From positions 2,764 through 66,763 of the forward strand of contig MFUV01000005.1 of assembly GCA_001787005.1 (NCBI GenBank): a stretch of 64,000 nt of DNA. The letters run 5' to 3'. A model generated the notes under the pieces. The model was given only the letters and a program-made list of their open reading frames with translations, was not told the DNA's origin and searched no databases. Source of the DNA: Candidatus Nomurabacteria bacterium RIFCSPLOWO2_01_FULL_39_18. GTDB lineage: Bacteria; Patescibacteriota; Minisyncoccia; Phycocordibacterales; UBA9973. A program made the translations under genes and the position numbers. Positions 27,870 to 38,313 of the stretch are shown in pieces; position 1 is the stretch's first letter; each line of letters opens with the position of its first letter.

Positions 27870-29606
27870 ATGAAACCAATTTGTCAAAATTGCAAAGGTA
27901 AATTTACTATTGAACCAGATGATTTTGGTTTTTACGAAAAAATGAAGGTTCCGACGCCAACATTCTGTCTAGAATGCAGATTTGCTCGACGCATGTCCTG
28001 GAGAAATGAACGTTCATTATATAAAAGGAAATGTGATGCTACGGGAATCGATATAATTTCTATTTTCTCGCCTAATTCGGAGTATAAAGCATATGAAGAA
28101 AAATATTGGTGGAGTGATAATTGGAATCCACTTGATTATGGTATTGAATATGATTTTTCCAAATCATTTTTCGAGCAATATCAAGAATTATTAAAGCGGG
28201 TGCCGCATTTGGCTTTATTTAACATGTTGCATGTCAACAGTGAGTATTGCAACTATGCTTCCCACAACAAAGATTGTTATCTATTTACTGGTGGTGGGTG
28301 GAATGAAAAATTATCATATGTAAATCGCTCCACAAACTCAAGAGACTCAGTTGATTGCTACATCATCGAAAAAGATGAATTTTGCTACGATTGTTTATAT
28401 TGTTATGGATGTTACAAGCTTGCGCATTCCAATAACTGTGAAAATTGTTTGGAAAGTGCCTTCTTGTACAATTGCCGAAATTGCAGTTATTGTTTTGGCT
28501 GTACAAACCTTGTCAGTAAATCATATTGTATATGGAATAAGCAGTATTCTAAAGAGGAATATGAAGTGAAAATATCGGAAATGAACCTTGGAAGTTTTAA
28601 AGCCTTAGAAAAGTTGCGTAAAACTTTTGAAGAAGTTTATCTGAAATCAATACATAAATATGCGGATCTTATTAATTGTAAAAACGTGACAGGAAATCAC
28701 GTTCGTAATGCAAGAAACTGCACTCATTGTTTTGATTTTGGAGGAGACAATACTGAGAATTGTCATTACGCCACTTGGAGTGGATTCGGGGCCAAAGACT
28801 TGTTTGATGTCGGACCAGGTTCTGGATGGGTTTCTGAACTTGTCTATGAGTGTGTGGATACTATCGATGCTTCTAATTTATTGGGTTGTATGACCATACA
28901 TAATTCAAATAATATTTCTTATAGTATAAATTGCCATAGTTCTAGTAATCTTTTTGGTTGTTGCGGAGTAAAGAAAAAATCCTATTGTATTTTAAATAAA
29001 CAATATACCAAAGAACAGTATGAAGAACTGGTCCCCAAAATTATAAAACATATGGGAGATATGCCGTATATAGATAATAATAAAAAAGTATATAAATATG
29101 GAGAATTTTTACCAAGCAATTTATCATTCTTCGCCTACAATGAAACTATTGCTCAAGAATATTTCCCCTTAGCCGAAAAAGAGGCTGAAAAACAAGGCTA
29201 TAAATGGAAAAATCGGGAAGAAAGAAACCATTCTATAGACATTAAAAACGAAAATATTCCAGACAATATAAAAGACATGAGAGAAGATATTGTTGGCAAA
29301 GTCATCGAGTGCGCACATCGGGGAACTTGTAACGAACAATGCACAGAAGCCTTTAAAATTATTTCCTCGGAACTTCAATTTTATAAAAAAATGAACTTGC
29401 CAATACCACATCTATGCCCCAACTGTAGACATTATCAAAGATTAAAGAAAAGAAACCCATTAAAACTTTGGCATAGAATATGTATGTGCGAGAAAAAAAA
29501 TCATACACATAAAGGGAAATGCCCCGTAGAGTTTGAGACTAGTTATGCACCCGAACGCCCTGAAATTATTTATTGCGAGCAGTGTTACCAACAAGAAGTT
29601 TATTGA
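27870..29606 (+). CDS. Cys-rich CPR-family protein (zinc ribbons plus Cys-repeat solenoid), paralog 1
   Basis: CQNC N-terminus, CxxC repeats, C-terminal YAPERPEIIYCEQCYQQEVY; paralog at 56367. Confidence 0.85.
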   Translation: MKPICQNCKGKFTIEPDDFGFYEKMKVPTPTFCLECRFARRMSWRNERSLYKRKCDATGIDIISIFSPNSEYKAYEEKYWWSDNWNPLDYGIEYDFSKSFFEQYQELLKRVPHLALFNMLHVNSEYCNYASHNKDCYLFTGGGWNEKLSYVNRSTNSRDSVDCYIIEKDEFCYDCLYCYGCYKLAHSNNCENCLESAFLYNCRNCSYCFGCTNLVSKSYCIWNKQYSKEEYEVKISEMNLGSFKALEKLRKTFEEVYLKSIHKYADLINCKNVTGNHVRNARNCTHCFDFGGDNTENCHYATWSGFGAKDLFDVGPGSGWVSELVYECVDTIDASNLLGCMTIHNSNNISYSINCHSSSNLFGCCGVKKKSYCILNKQYTKEQYEELVPKIIKHMGDMPYIDNNKKVYKYGEFLPSNLSFFAYNETIAQEYFPLAEKEAEKQGYKWKNREERNHSIDIKNENIPDNIKDMREDIVGKVIECAHRGTCNEQCTEAFKIISSELQFYKKMNLPIPHLCPNCRHYQRLKKRNPLKLWHRICMCEKKNHTHKGKCPVEFETSYAPERPEIIYCEQCYQQEVY

Positions 29607-29612
29607 AATAAA

Positions 29613-29822
29613 TTATTTAACGGGATCAATGTGATTTTTCTGCCATGGGTGGCAACGCAAGATCCGAAAAAATCCTAGACGAATTCCGTGAACTACCCCA
29701 TATTTTTCTATAGCTTGTTTTGTATATTCTGAACAAGACGGATAAAAAACACATTTGTTTGGAAGGGACAGAAATTTTTGGTAAAAATTAATTAATTTTA
29801 TTGAGTATGTTTTTAATTTCAT
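29613..29822 (-). CDS. yidD: Membrane protein insertion efficiency factor YidD
   Basis: [10 protein letters not shown]...RILRCHPW; ATG at 29822. Confidence 0.92.
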   Translation of the reverse strand: MKLKTYSIKLINFYQKFLSLPNKCVFYPSCSEYTKQAIEKYGVVHGIRLGFFRILRCHPWQKNHIDPVK

Positions 29823-30114
29823 TTTCAATTGTCGGAACATCCTGCTGGTTCTTTTTAAAAAGAAAAACACCGATTAGGCCACGGGGGAAGCTTCTAATAT
29901 GTTTCCGGAGCGCGTCATAGCCCCGGCGTCTGAGAGAATTTCTTAGAACAGCCAGCTTTGCTATGTTTTTAGGCGCGATGAAAGAGATGCGAGGTAAGGT
30001 CGCATCAGTGGTTAGTATAAACTTAAAGCTTAAGTCGGAAGAATTAATAGAATTCCCTTTTTTGAAAAGAAAATCAATATCTCTTTTATCAACTCTATTC
30101 TCTTTGGGAAGCAT
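29788..30114 (-). CDS. rnpA: RNase P protein component
   Basis: [17 protein letters not shown] (RNR-like motif); between rpmH and yidD. Confidence 0.88.
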   Translation of the reverse strand: MLPKENRVDKRDIDFLFKKGNSINSSDLSFKFILTTDATLPRISFIAPKNIAKLAVLRNSLRRRGYDALRKHIRSFPRGLIGVFLFKKNQQDVPTIENEIKNILNKIN

Positions 30115-30126
30115 GTTTAAACAAAG

Positions 30127-30261
30127 TTAAACACTGAGCTTTTTTCTGCCTTTTTGACGTCTTCGTAGCAAAACTTTGGAACCAGTTTTGGTCCTTGATC
30201 TAACCAAGAATCCGTGGGCTCTTGCTCTTTTTCTTTTTTTAGGCTGATATGTGAATGACAT
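30127..30261 (-). CDS. rpmH: 50S ribosomal protein L34
   Basis: [24 protein letters not shown]...KGRKKLSV (44 aa, ATG at 30261). Confidence 0.95.
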   Translation of the reverse strand: MSFTYQPKKRKRARAHGFLVRSRTKTGSKVLLRRRQKGRKKLSV

Positions 30262-30354
30262 GCAGAAAGTATATAACATTATCCACAGATTATCAACATG
30301 GTTAATAAGTTTTTGCAAGTATTGCAAATTTGATAAATAGTATAATATGAGACC
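30262..30354. promoter_or_regulatory. rpmH-dnaA divergent promoter region with DnaA boxes (oriC part 1)
   Basis: TTATCCACA 30279-30287, TTATCAACA 30290-30298. Confidence 0.8.
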
Positions 30355-31704
30355 ATGAATACAAAACAACTCTGGGAAAATTGCCTAGCAGAAATCGGGG
30401 CGGGTATATCAAAGGCCAATTTCAGCACTTGGTTCAAAAACACTTCTATTATCAAGGAGGACGCAGGTATTATTTATATTGGAGTGCCGAATGAATTTGT
30501 CCGCGACTGGCTGATGAATAAATATCATAAACTAATCACCAAAACCATAGCTGATGCATATGAAAATATGCGCGCTGTAGAATACGCCATTTCTAAAATA
30601 GAAAACAAAAAGCAAGAAATACTAACGGCAAGCGAAACCGAGCTTTATGTAAACAAAGAGCTACCCTTAAAAGATCTTTATATAAATCCAGAAGATAATT
30701 TAAACCCACGTTATCATTTTAATTCTTTTATCGTTGGAACCTTCAATGAGTTAGCATATGCTGCATCTCAGGCAATCATTGATAACCCAGGCACCAAGTA
30801 TAATCCCTTTTTTGTTTATGGGGGCACGGGCTTAGGTAAAACTCATTTAATCCAAGCGGTGGGGAATACAATAAAAGAAAAGTACCCAAATAAAAAGATG
30901 CATTACATGACCCTGGAAAAATTCGCCACTGACTTTGTGAATTCATTGCAGAGTAATAAAGCAAACTCTTTTAAAGAAAAGTATAGAAAGTATGATCTTC
31001 TAATCATCGATGATATTCAGTTCATTGGGAAAATGGAAAAAATTCAAGAAGAGCTCTTCCATACATTCAATACTTTTCATGAAAATAACAAACAAATCAT
31101 ATTTTCTTCGGATAAGCACCCTAACTATATACCAGAATTGGCTGAACGTTTAAAATCCCGTTTTGCCGCCGGTATGATAGTGGATATTTCTGAACCCGAA
31201 TATGAGTCCCGTCTGGCAATCTTGAAAGTAAAATTAAGAGAGCAAAACATTGATTTAGACCAAGAAATTATAGAGTATGTGGCAAGTGCGGTGGAGGGGA
31301 ATATTCGTGAACTAGAAGGGAGTTTAAATATTATTGTTTGCCAATATCGTTTGAAAAATAGGTCTTTAACACTAATGGAAGTTAAAAGTTTGTTAAAGAA
31401 CAGCATGAAGCCCAAGAAAAATATCGCGATAAAAGACGTTGTCAAACTGGTAAGTGAACATTATCAGCTAGAGGAAGCTTCTATTTATGAAAAAACCAGA
31501 AAAAAAGAGATCGTGAAGGCACGACAAATAGTGATGTATCTCTTACGAGAAGATTTCAATGTATCCTACCCACTAATTGGGCAAAAGTTGGGGGGAAAAG
31601 ATCACACAACAGTCATTCATTCTTGTTTAAAGATTAAAACTGACTTGAAAAACGACCCACAACTTCTGCAAGAATTGGAACAAATAAGAATTATGTTCAA
31701 ATAG
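30355..31704 (+). CDS. dnaA: Chromosomal replication initiator DnaA
   Basis: [33 protein letters not shown]. Confidence 0.98.
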   Translation: MNTKQLWENCLAEIGAGISKANFSTWFKNTSIIKEDAGIIYIGVPNEFVRDWLMNKYHKLITKTIADAYENMRAVEYAISKIENKKQEILTASETELYVNKELPLKDLYINPEDNLNPRYHFNSFIVGTFNELAYAASQAIIDNPGTKYNPFFVYGGTGLGKTHLIQAVGNTIKEKYPNKKMHYMTLEKFATDFVNSLQSNKANSFKEKYRKYDLLIIDDIQFIGKMEKIQEELFHTFNTFHENNKQIIFSSDKHPNYIPELAERLKSRFAAGMIVDISEPEYESRLAILKVKLREQNIDLDQEIIEYVASAVEGNIRELEGSLNIIVCQYRLKNRSLTLMEVKSLLKNSMKPKKNIAIKDVVKLVSEHYQLEEASIYEKTRKKEIVKARQIVMYLLREDFNVSYPLIGQKLGGKDHTTVIHSCLKIKTDLKNDPQLLQELEQIRIMFK

Positions 31705-31844
31705 TTAAAAGTTATGAATAATTATTAGACCTAAATTAAAAATAAACTAATAGAAACAGTCATATAAAACAATACAAAACCAACTTATCCACTTATTAAC
31801 ACACATATTAGTACTAATAAATTAAATATACAAAATATAAACAT
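31705..31844. other. Putative oriC (dnaA-dnaN intergenic, AT-rich unwinding region)
   Basis: Very AT-rich; DnaA-box-like TTATCCACT (31785) and TTATTAACA (31793). Confidence 0.65.
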
Positions 31845-32942
31845 ATGAAACTAGAATGCCAGGTTGAAAAGATAAAAAATGGAATTTTACAAGTTGAAAA
31901 AATTACTGGTAAAAATTTAACTTTGCCAATTTTAAATTCAATTCTTTTGGTTGCGTCATCTAAATCTTTAAAACTTAGGTCTACAAACCTTAGTCTTGGG
32001 ATTGAGATAGAAATCCCAGCAAAAGTAGAAAAAGAAGGAATTGTTGCTGTGTCTGGATCGGTATTAGGGGGTATTTTTTCTAATGTTTTTCAAAACGAGA
32101 GTGTTTCTCTTGAGGATTTTGGTGGGAATCTGTTAATAAAAACAAAAAAAAGCCAAATAAAACTAAAATGTCAACCACACGAAGATTTCCCCACAATACC
32201 CAAAGTTGCTGGAACAATTTTTGAGATAGAATCAAAAAAATTAACAGACGGAATAAAATCTGTGTATTACAGCTCCTCTCCATCTGATATAAAACCCGAA
32301 ATTTCAAGCGTTTTTATTTATTCAGTAGAAGATAATTTGATTTTTGTTTCGACCGACTCTTTTAGGCTGGCTGAAAAGAGAGTAAAAATAAAAAGACTTG
32401 AGGAGATAAGTGGCATTCTTATCCCATTTAAAAACGTTTCTGAGATATTGAGAATTTTTGGGGAATTAACTGGTACCGTAGAAGTTTGTTTTAATAAAAA
32501 CTTAATTTCCTTTTCAACAGGAGATATTTATTTGACTTCACGGGTGATTGATGGAATTTTCCCTGATTATCGCCAGATTATTCCTAAAGATTCAGAAACC
32601 AATGCGGTGGTTCTCAAGCAAGATTTATTAAACGCGCTTAAACTTTCAAATATTTTTTCAGACAAACTTAACCAAGTCAACCTTAAAATTTTGCCGAAAG
32701 AGAAAATTTTTGAATTGTCTTCTGCCAATAATGATGTGGGCGAGAATAAAACATATTTAGATGCTGCCCTGGAGGGGGAGAGTGTCTTGCTTGGTTTTAA
32801 TTATAAATATTTTTTAGATTGTTTACAATCAATCAATACTGACAGTGTGTCTATAAAACTCTCTGGAGCGACACGGCCCATAGTTATATCTCCCGTGAGT
32901 GATTCATCATTTACTTATCTTATAATGCCAATGAATAGGTAA
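31845..32942 (+). CDS. dnaN: DNA polymerase III beta clamp
   Basis: STDSFRL, FPDYRQIIP, YLIMPM; follows dnaA. Confidence 0.97.
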   Translation: MKLECQVEKIKNGILQVEKITGKNLTLPILNSILLVASSKSLKLRSTNLSLGIEIEIPAKVEKEGIVAVSGSVLGGIFSNVFQNESVSLEDFGGNLLIKTKKSQIKLKCQPHEDFPTIPKVAGTIFEIESKKLTDGIKSVYYSSSPSDIKPEISSVFIYSVEDNLIFVSTDSFRLAEKRVKIKRLEEISGILIPFKNVSEILRIFGELTGTVEVCFNKNLISFSTGDIYLTSRVIDGIFPDYRQIIPKDSETNAVVLKQDLLNALKLSNIFSDKLNQVNLKILPKEKIFELSSANNDVGENKTYLDAALEGESVLLGFNYKYFLDCLQSINTDSVSIKLSGATRPIVISPVSDSSFTYLIMPMNR

Positions 32943-32952
32943 CTGGGGGGAG

Positions 32953-35472
32953 CTAATAGTCCACTTCAAAGGCCGAAGTCGTTTCTCCGCGGTTAAAGAC
33001 ATTATCATAGAAGATTATCTTCAACTCATTATTTTTTTGTAAGTTTTCCAGCTCTTTAGGGATGAAAGAGAATGAAAAGGGGGCTTCCAAAGTTTCTAGA
33101 AAAACATCATTTACAAAAACATCAACTCTCTCCAACGGGAAACGCCCTGAACTTGAAATCTCCAGCTGTATCTTCTGGTCAGGCAAATAAGTTTTTGTTC
33201 CACTAGGTTCAATAATAAAGACTTCAGGCTTTGATTGATCGGTATGCACATCGTCCACTCTGTTTGGCTTATCATTCCAAGTGGTTATTGGGTACCTTCC
33301 TTTATTTTGTGCCCACCAGTTTTGTACAGGAATTTCCCAATGGCTGAATTGCTGGTTTCCAGATGGATTTTGAGGTGGTGGCCCCAAGATGTCATTCCTA
33401 TCCACCCAAAAAAGGATCGAGTGCACATTTGTTACCACTTTTTCTTCCATGGTTTCTTTTGGGGTAAACTCTCCAGCTAGTTTCCCGGATATTTTATCTT
33501 TAAAGAAATTTTCATTACCTTGCCAGAAACCTCGCAATATTGGCTTTATTGTTTGCGGGTCAGTTTCCAGATTTGGTTCCTCAAATTTTTCATTAGGCAG
33601 AACTTTTAAAGTCTCACTTATATATTTATTCCAGATCGGCCCCGCCAGAGCTACCCCGCCTTTTTTCATTGCTTTATTATCATTATTACCCGCCCAGACA
33701 CCCACCACGATCGAAGGGGTATAACCTATCGTCCAGGCATCCTTATTATTATTTGTTGTTCCGGTTTTTACAGCTACGTCCTTTCCAGGAACAAAAAGAG
33801 CCGAATGCGCCCCAAAAGTTGGAATGCGAGATTTTTCATCCGAAAGAATGTCTGAAATAATCAAAGCAGTGTTTTTCGGCAAAACTTCCCATGAATTTGG
33901 CTTAAATTCTTCTAAAATGTTTCCGTTCAAATCTTCAATTTTTAAAATTCCAGTGTAGGGACTTCTCATCCCATCATTTGCAAAGACTCCATACGAAGAT
34001 GTCATGTCGAGAAGGGATACTTCTCCACCTCCGATAACAAGGGTCAAGCCATACCTGCCGACATCAGTTAAAGTTTTAATACCCATATCTTCTGCTGTTT
34101 TTAAAGAATCAGATAGCCCGGCTAAATAGAAAAGTTTTACAGCAGGGATGTTGATTGATTGCGCTAGGGCGTTTCTTAAGCTGACGGGGCCTCGAAATTT
34201 CCCGTCATAATTGTCAGGCTTGTAACAATCTTTTTGATTGTGACCGGGCAATGCTCTGCCATAAGCGTCACAGGTAGTCTGAAATTCCGTGGACAGATCA
34301 AAGAGCACTGTGTCGGGAGTAAAGCCCTTGTTAAAGGCTGTGGCGTAGATAAAAGGCTTAAAAGAAGATCCTGGTTGTCTCACCGCTGTCGCGATATTGA
34401 AATTGCCATCAATTGTTTTGTCGAAATAATCTCTTGAACCGATCATCGTTAGAATTTGTCCTGTTTTGGGATCGATTGCCACCAATCCAGCATTTGATCC
34501 ACCCCAATCTTTTTCATTTTGCGATGCTCCCTCCTTCACTATTTGTTCTCCCTTTTCTTGTAAATTATAATCAAGCGTTGTTGTAACTTTTAGCCCGCCC
34601 TTTTCCACCATATCACTTCCATATTTTTCTTCAAGATAATCTTTAATGAAAAAAATAAAGTGTGGAGCTTTAATCCCCGTAGTATTCTGTGGAGCAAAGA
34701 CCACGGTCTCTTTTTTGGCTGTGTTATATTCTTCCTCGCTAATAAAATTAAGCTCCAACATTCGAGAGAGCACTAAATTTTTTCTTTCTTCTAATTTATT
34801 TCTATTTTTACCATAAGGCGAGAGGAAAGTTGGGGATTGCGGGATTGATGCTAAATAAGAAGCTTCGGCCAGAGTCAGATCAAGCGCTTTTTTATTGAAA
34901 TAAGTTTTGCTTGCTTCTTCGATTCCATAAACATTCCCGCCGTAGGGGGCTTCATTTAAATAGTATTCCAAGATTTTTTCTTTCGACATGGAATTATCTA
35001 TTTTAATTGCCAAAACCCATTCCTTTATTTTTCTAGTATAAGTCTTCTTTTGTGTTAAGAGCGTGTTTTTTACTAACTGCTGGGTTATAGTCGAACCGCC
35101 TTGAGTACGGCCAGTGCCAAAAAGATTGGACAACACGGCACGAATAATAGAAGTGATTCTTATTCCGCTATGATTGTAAAATTCAGAATCTTCAATGGCA
35201 ACAGTTGCGTTTTTAATGTTTGCGCCCATGTTTCCAAAGGCAATGTCAGTTCTTTTCGTGTCTCTATGCACATCATAGAGCAAGATTTCTCCCGTACGAT
35301 CATAAATTCTGATAGAATTTTCAACCTTCCTATCTTCAAAGGAATGGAAATCCGGTATCTGGAAAGAAGATATCCAGAGCATCCCTGTTCCAGCCATAAG
35401 TATAGAAATACTTATACAAAACAGGATTAAATTCTTCCGAAAACTTTTATTTATTCTAGGCTTCTCTATCAT
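32953..35472 (-). CDS. Class A penicillin-binding protein (PBP1A-like)
   Basis: EDSEFYNH, GGSTITQQL, RQPGSSFK, SIN, KTGT; C-terminal Ig-like domain. Confidence 0.95.
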   Translation of the reverse strand: MIEKPRINKSFRKNLILFCISISILMAGTGMLWISSFQIPDFHSFEDRKVENSIRIYDRTGEILLYDVHRDTKRTDIAFGNMGANIKNATVAIEDSEFYNHSGIRITSIIRAVLSNLFGTGRTQGGSTITQQLVKNTLLTQKKTYTRKIKEWVLAIKIDNSMSKEKILEYYLNEAPYGGNVYGIEEASKTYFNKKALDLTLAEASYLASIPQSPTFLSPYGKNRNKLEERKNLVLSRMLELNFISEEEYNTAKKETVVFAPQNTTGIKAPHFIFFIKDYLEEKYGSDMVEKGGLKVTTTLDYNLQEKGEQIVKEGASQNEKDWGGSNAGLVAIDPKTGQILTMIGSRDYFDKTIDGNFNIATAVRQPGSSFKPFIYATAFNKGFTPDTVLFDLSTEFQTTCDAYGRALPGHNQKDCYKPDNYDGKFRGPVSLRNALAQSINIPAVKLFYLAGLSDSLKTAEDMGIKTLTDVGRYGLTLVIGGGEVSLLDMTSSYGVFANDGMRSPYTGILKIEDLNGNILEEFKPNSWEVLPKNTALIISDILSDEKSRIPTFGAHSALFVPGKDVAVKTGTTNNNKDAWTIGYTPSIVVGVWAGNNDNKAMKKGGVALAGPIWNKYISETLKVLPNEKFEEPNLETDPQTIKPILRGFWQGNENFFKDKISGKLAGEFTPKETMEEKVVTNVHSILFWVDRNDILGPPPQNPSGNQQFSHWEIPVQNWWAQNKGRYPITTWNDKPNRVDDVHTDQSKPEVFIIEPSGTKTYLPDQKIQLEISSSGRFPLERVDVFVNDVFLETLEAPFSFSFIPKELENLQKNNELKIIFYDNVFNRGETTSAFEVDY

Positions 35473-35546
35473 TGATAGATTATAACAGAAAATAGCCTGT
35501 CCCGTAGGAATTTTGAAAATTTCCTTTAAGATGTTATTATTCGAAT

Positions 35547-36731
35547 GTGAAAGTTATAACCAATAAAGAAAAAATAGATGAACTCTTAACTCGAGGGGTT
35601 GAAAGAATTTATCCATCTCGCGAAAAACTAGAAGAAGTTCTGCTTTCCGGCAAGAAGTTGAAACTCTATCAGGGCTTTGACCCGACAGGAGACAAACTGC
35701 ACCTTGGGCATATGGTGGGTCTAAGGAAATTGGCCGAATGGCAATCATTGGGACACCATGTTATTTTTTTAATTGGTGACTACACTGCGATGATCGGAGA
35801 TCCGTCGGGAAAGTTGTCATCCAGAAAAGTACTTACTCACGAAAAGACCATGGCTAACGCGAAAAATTATAAAGAACAAGCGTCTAAAATCCTTAATTTT
35901 AATGGTGATAACCCAGCCGAAGTGCTTTTTAATGGAGACTGGTTGGGTAAGTTAAGTGCAGTGGAGTTTCTAAGAATTGCTGGGAACTTAACTTATAGTC
36001 AGGTCATTGAACGAGACATGTTTCAAGAGAGGTTAAAACAAGGGCAGGATATAAACACAACTGAATTTTTATATCCAGTTATGCAGGCCTATGACAGTGT
36101 TGTTATGGATGTGGATCTGGAGTTGGGGGGAAGAGATCAAATGTTTAATATGATGATGGGACGCAAGCTCATGCGACAAATTCTTAAGAAAGAAAAGTTT
36201 GTTATGACCACGAAACTTTTAGAAGATAGTCAGGGCGTCAAGATAGGCAAAACTGAAGGCAACGCTATCGCTCTCGATGATAAACCAGAAGATCTGTTTG
36301 GTAAAATAATGGCTTTCCCGGATGAAGTAATCGTTCCTTGCTTTGAGGCTTTAACTACAATACCGATGAGAGAGATTCCAAACAAAAATCCATTGGAAGA
36401 CAAGAAGAGACTTGCATTCGAGATTGTAAAGGATCTAAATAATAAAAAAAATGCGCAAGCCGCACAAGAAAATTGGGAAAATACTTTTCAGAAAAGAGAA
36501 ATTCCCAAAGAAATAAAAGAAATAGAGGTTAAAGATGGCGAATCCTTGAGTGGGATTTTAGTAAAAATAAAAATCCTACCCTCAAAAAGCGAGTGGCGCA
36601 GGCTTGTCTTAAGCAATGCCATTCATGACTTAGCTAAAAATAGAAACATTACGGATGTAAATTTAAAAATAAAAGGAAATTTGATTCTTAAAATAGGTAA
36701 GAAAAAGTTTATCAAGATCAGGACTAAATAA
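35547..36731 (+). CDS. tyrS: Tyrosine--tRNA ligase
   Basis: GFDPTGDKLHLGH, YPVMQAYD, KIGKT, C-terminal S4-like domain. Confidence 0.96.
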   Translation: MKVITNKEKIDELLTRGVERIYPSREKLEEVLLSGKKLKLYQGFDPTGDKLHLGHMVGLRKLAEWQSLGHHVIFLIGDYTAMIGDPSGKLSSRKVLTHEKTMANAKNYKEQASKILNFNGDNPAEVLFNGDWLGKLSAVEFLRIAGNLTYSQVIERDMFQERLKQGQDINTTEFLYPVMQAYDSVVMDVDLELGGRDQMFNMMMGRKLMRQILKKEKFVMTTKLLEDSQGVKIGKTEGNAIALDDKPEDLFGKIMAFPDEVIVPCFEALTTIPMREIPNKNPLEDKKRLAFEIVKDLNNKKNAQAAQENWENTFQKREIPKEIKEIEVKDGESLSGILVKIKILPSKSEWRRLVLSNAIHDLAKNRNITDVNLKIKGNLILKIGKKKFIKIRTK

Positions 36732-36736
36732 ATACA

Positions 36737-36768
36737 AACTAAAACACCCCGAGCGGGGTGTTTTAGTT
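36737..36768. terminator. Bidirectional rho-independent terminator
   Basis: aactaaaacacccc-gagc-ggggtgttttagtt. Confidence 0.85.
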
Positions 36769-36907
36769 AGGTGTATCTACTTTCTGGATCATCATCTTCT
36801 GGTTCAAAGCCGGGCATTTCTTCGAGTGGGATATTTGGGTCGAATGACTCTTCATCACCGTCCACCTTAAACCCACTACTTATTTCTTCATCTTCATCGT
36901 AACTCAT
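36767..36907 (-). CDS. Unannotated 46-aa highly acidic peptide
   Basis: MSYDEDEEISSGFKVDGDEESFDPNIPLEEMPGFEPEDDDPESRYT; ends at the terminator. Confidence 0.7.
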   Translation of the reverse strand: MSYDEDEEISSGFKVDGDEESFDPNIPLEEMPGFEPEDDDPESRYT

Positions 36908-37052
36908 ATAAAATTATTTTTTTCCGCCAGGGGCGGATCCGCCTTGGGCGGAAAATTTTTTAAACGACCAAATTATATTTATTTCCCAATTTCATACTTT
37001 GTAACAAAATATAAATCGCTTGGCAATAGCAAAAAGACCAAAAGTGTGGATA

Positions 37053-37122
37053 ACCCGGTAGTAGAGCTTTGCGATATGCGAAGCATGCATCGAAGATGCG
37101 TCGCAAAGTCTCACTACCGGGT
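37053..37122. repeat. REP-like inverted pair (copy 3)
   Basis: acccggtagtagagctttgcga...tcgcaaagtctcactaccgggt; overlaps the last base of TGTGGATAA (DnaA box) at 37045-37053. Confidence 0.85.
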
Positions 37123-37128
37123 AACTCC

Positions 37129-37608
37129 CTATCCTCTCATATGTGCAAAGGCAGTCAAAGCGATCGCGATCGCGTCTAGCTCATCATCTGATGTTTTAAA
37201 TTTATCTACATCAACCAAAATTTTAACCATTTTCATCATTTGTATTTTGTCTGCTCGCCCAAAGCCGGTGGTGGCTATTTTTATTTGCAAAGGAGTTGCT
37301 TCAAAAATGCGAAGTCCTGCCTGGATGGCTTCGTAGATTACCACTCCCCGCGCTTCAGCCACGCGCATCACTGTTTTTTGATTGGTGTTTAAAAATAAAG
37401 TCTCGATTGAAAGAACTTCCGGCTTGTATTTTTTTATTATTTTTCTGACTTCTCGGCCGATTAGATGCAATCTCTCCGCAAAGTCTAGCGAACTCGAAGT
37501 CTTAAAACATTCGGAAAAAATCATACATTCTTTCGCTCCATTTTCTTTCTTTTCTAATACCGAGATTCCCAATCGTTCGAACCCCGGGTCTATTCCTAAA
37601 ATTCGCAT
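37129..37608 (-). CDS. ruvC: Holliday junction resolvase RuvC
   Basis: ILGIDPG, EARGV, DDELDAIAIAL. Confidence 0.95.
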   Translation of the reverse strand: MRILGIDPGFERLGISVLEKKENGAKECMIFSECFKTSSSLDFAERLHLIGREVRKIIKKYKPEVLSIETLFLNTNQKTVMRVAEARGVVIYEAIQAGLRIFEATPLQIKIATTGFGRADKIQMMKMVKILVDVDKFKTSDDELDAIAIALTAFAHMRG

Positions 37609-37680
37609 AAGTTAAGTTTAACACTTTTTAATTCGTAGACACACCACATTCTCTGATAATTATGTTAAAATTAAATCATT

Positions 37681-38313
37681 GTGAAAAAACTTTTTGCTAT
37701 TTTGCCACTCTTTGGGTCTCTCGGGTTCTTTTTTGGAGCTTACGTATCTTTAGAAACAGCGAAGCTCTCCCCTTGGGCGTATATTAGCGTGGTCATGTTT
37801 GGGCTCTGCGGTCTGGCATTTCTACTCTGGGGGTTCTGGGCGCTTCTAGAGACTAAAGATGAAAGTGTATCCTACCAAGACGGACAAGCACTAAAAAATT
37901 CAGGAATAAAGCTTACAGCCAATATCATTCATCTACAGCAAGTTACCAATGTTAAAATTAATGGCCGCTCGCCCTACATCATTCATGCCAGAGGGACGAA
38001 TCCGACAACTAAAGAAGAACAAATTTTCAAGAGCTTCTGGCTTTGGAGTGATCCGTTTGCAGAGGCTACGATGGGGCGTGAGATTGATGTCTATATTGGT
38101 AAGTACAATCCGCTAAAGTATTATCTAGACGTAGAAAGCATCGGCCTGCCTTCCGAGCAAACAAAAGTTAACAAGATTGTAAGCTTGGCAATAATTATCC
38201 CGATTATCATCCTATTTGCTGGCCTCATTATAGCCCTGGTGATGTATCAGAAAAATAAAAAATATATTAACCTTTTGGAACCTGTTCAAACATCTCTTCA
38301 AGTCTTTCCTTGA
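37681..38313 (+). CDS. Membrane protein (DUF3592-like)
   Basis: Two N-terminal TMs, beta region NGRSPYII...FKS..W.DP, C-terminal TM. Confidence 0.65.
   Translation: MKKLFAILPLFGSLGFFFGAYVSLETAKLSPWAYISVVMFGLCGLAFLLWGFWALLETKDESVSYQDGQALKNSGIKLTANIIHLQQVTNVKINGRSPYIIHARGTNPTTKEEQIFKSFWLWSDPFAEATMGREIDVYIGKYNPLKYYLDVESIGLPSEQTKVNKIVSLAIIIPIIILFAGLIIALVMYQKNKKYINLLEPVQTSLQVFP

Noticed and set aside
30262-30369. 80-aa version of L34
   Set aside because: The extension crosses the DnaA boxes and the dnaA start; L34 begins at 30261.
36944-37336. 130-aa plus-strand ORF
   Set aside because: Made of repeat sequence and the antisense of ruvC.
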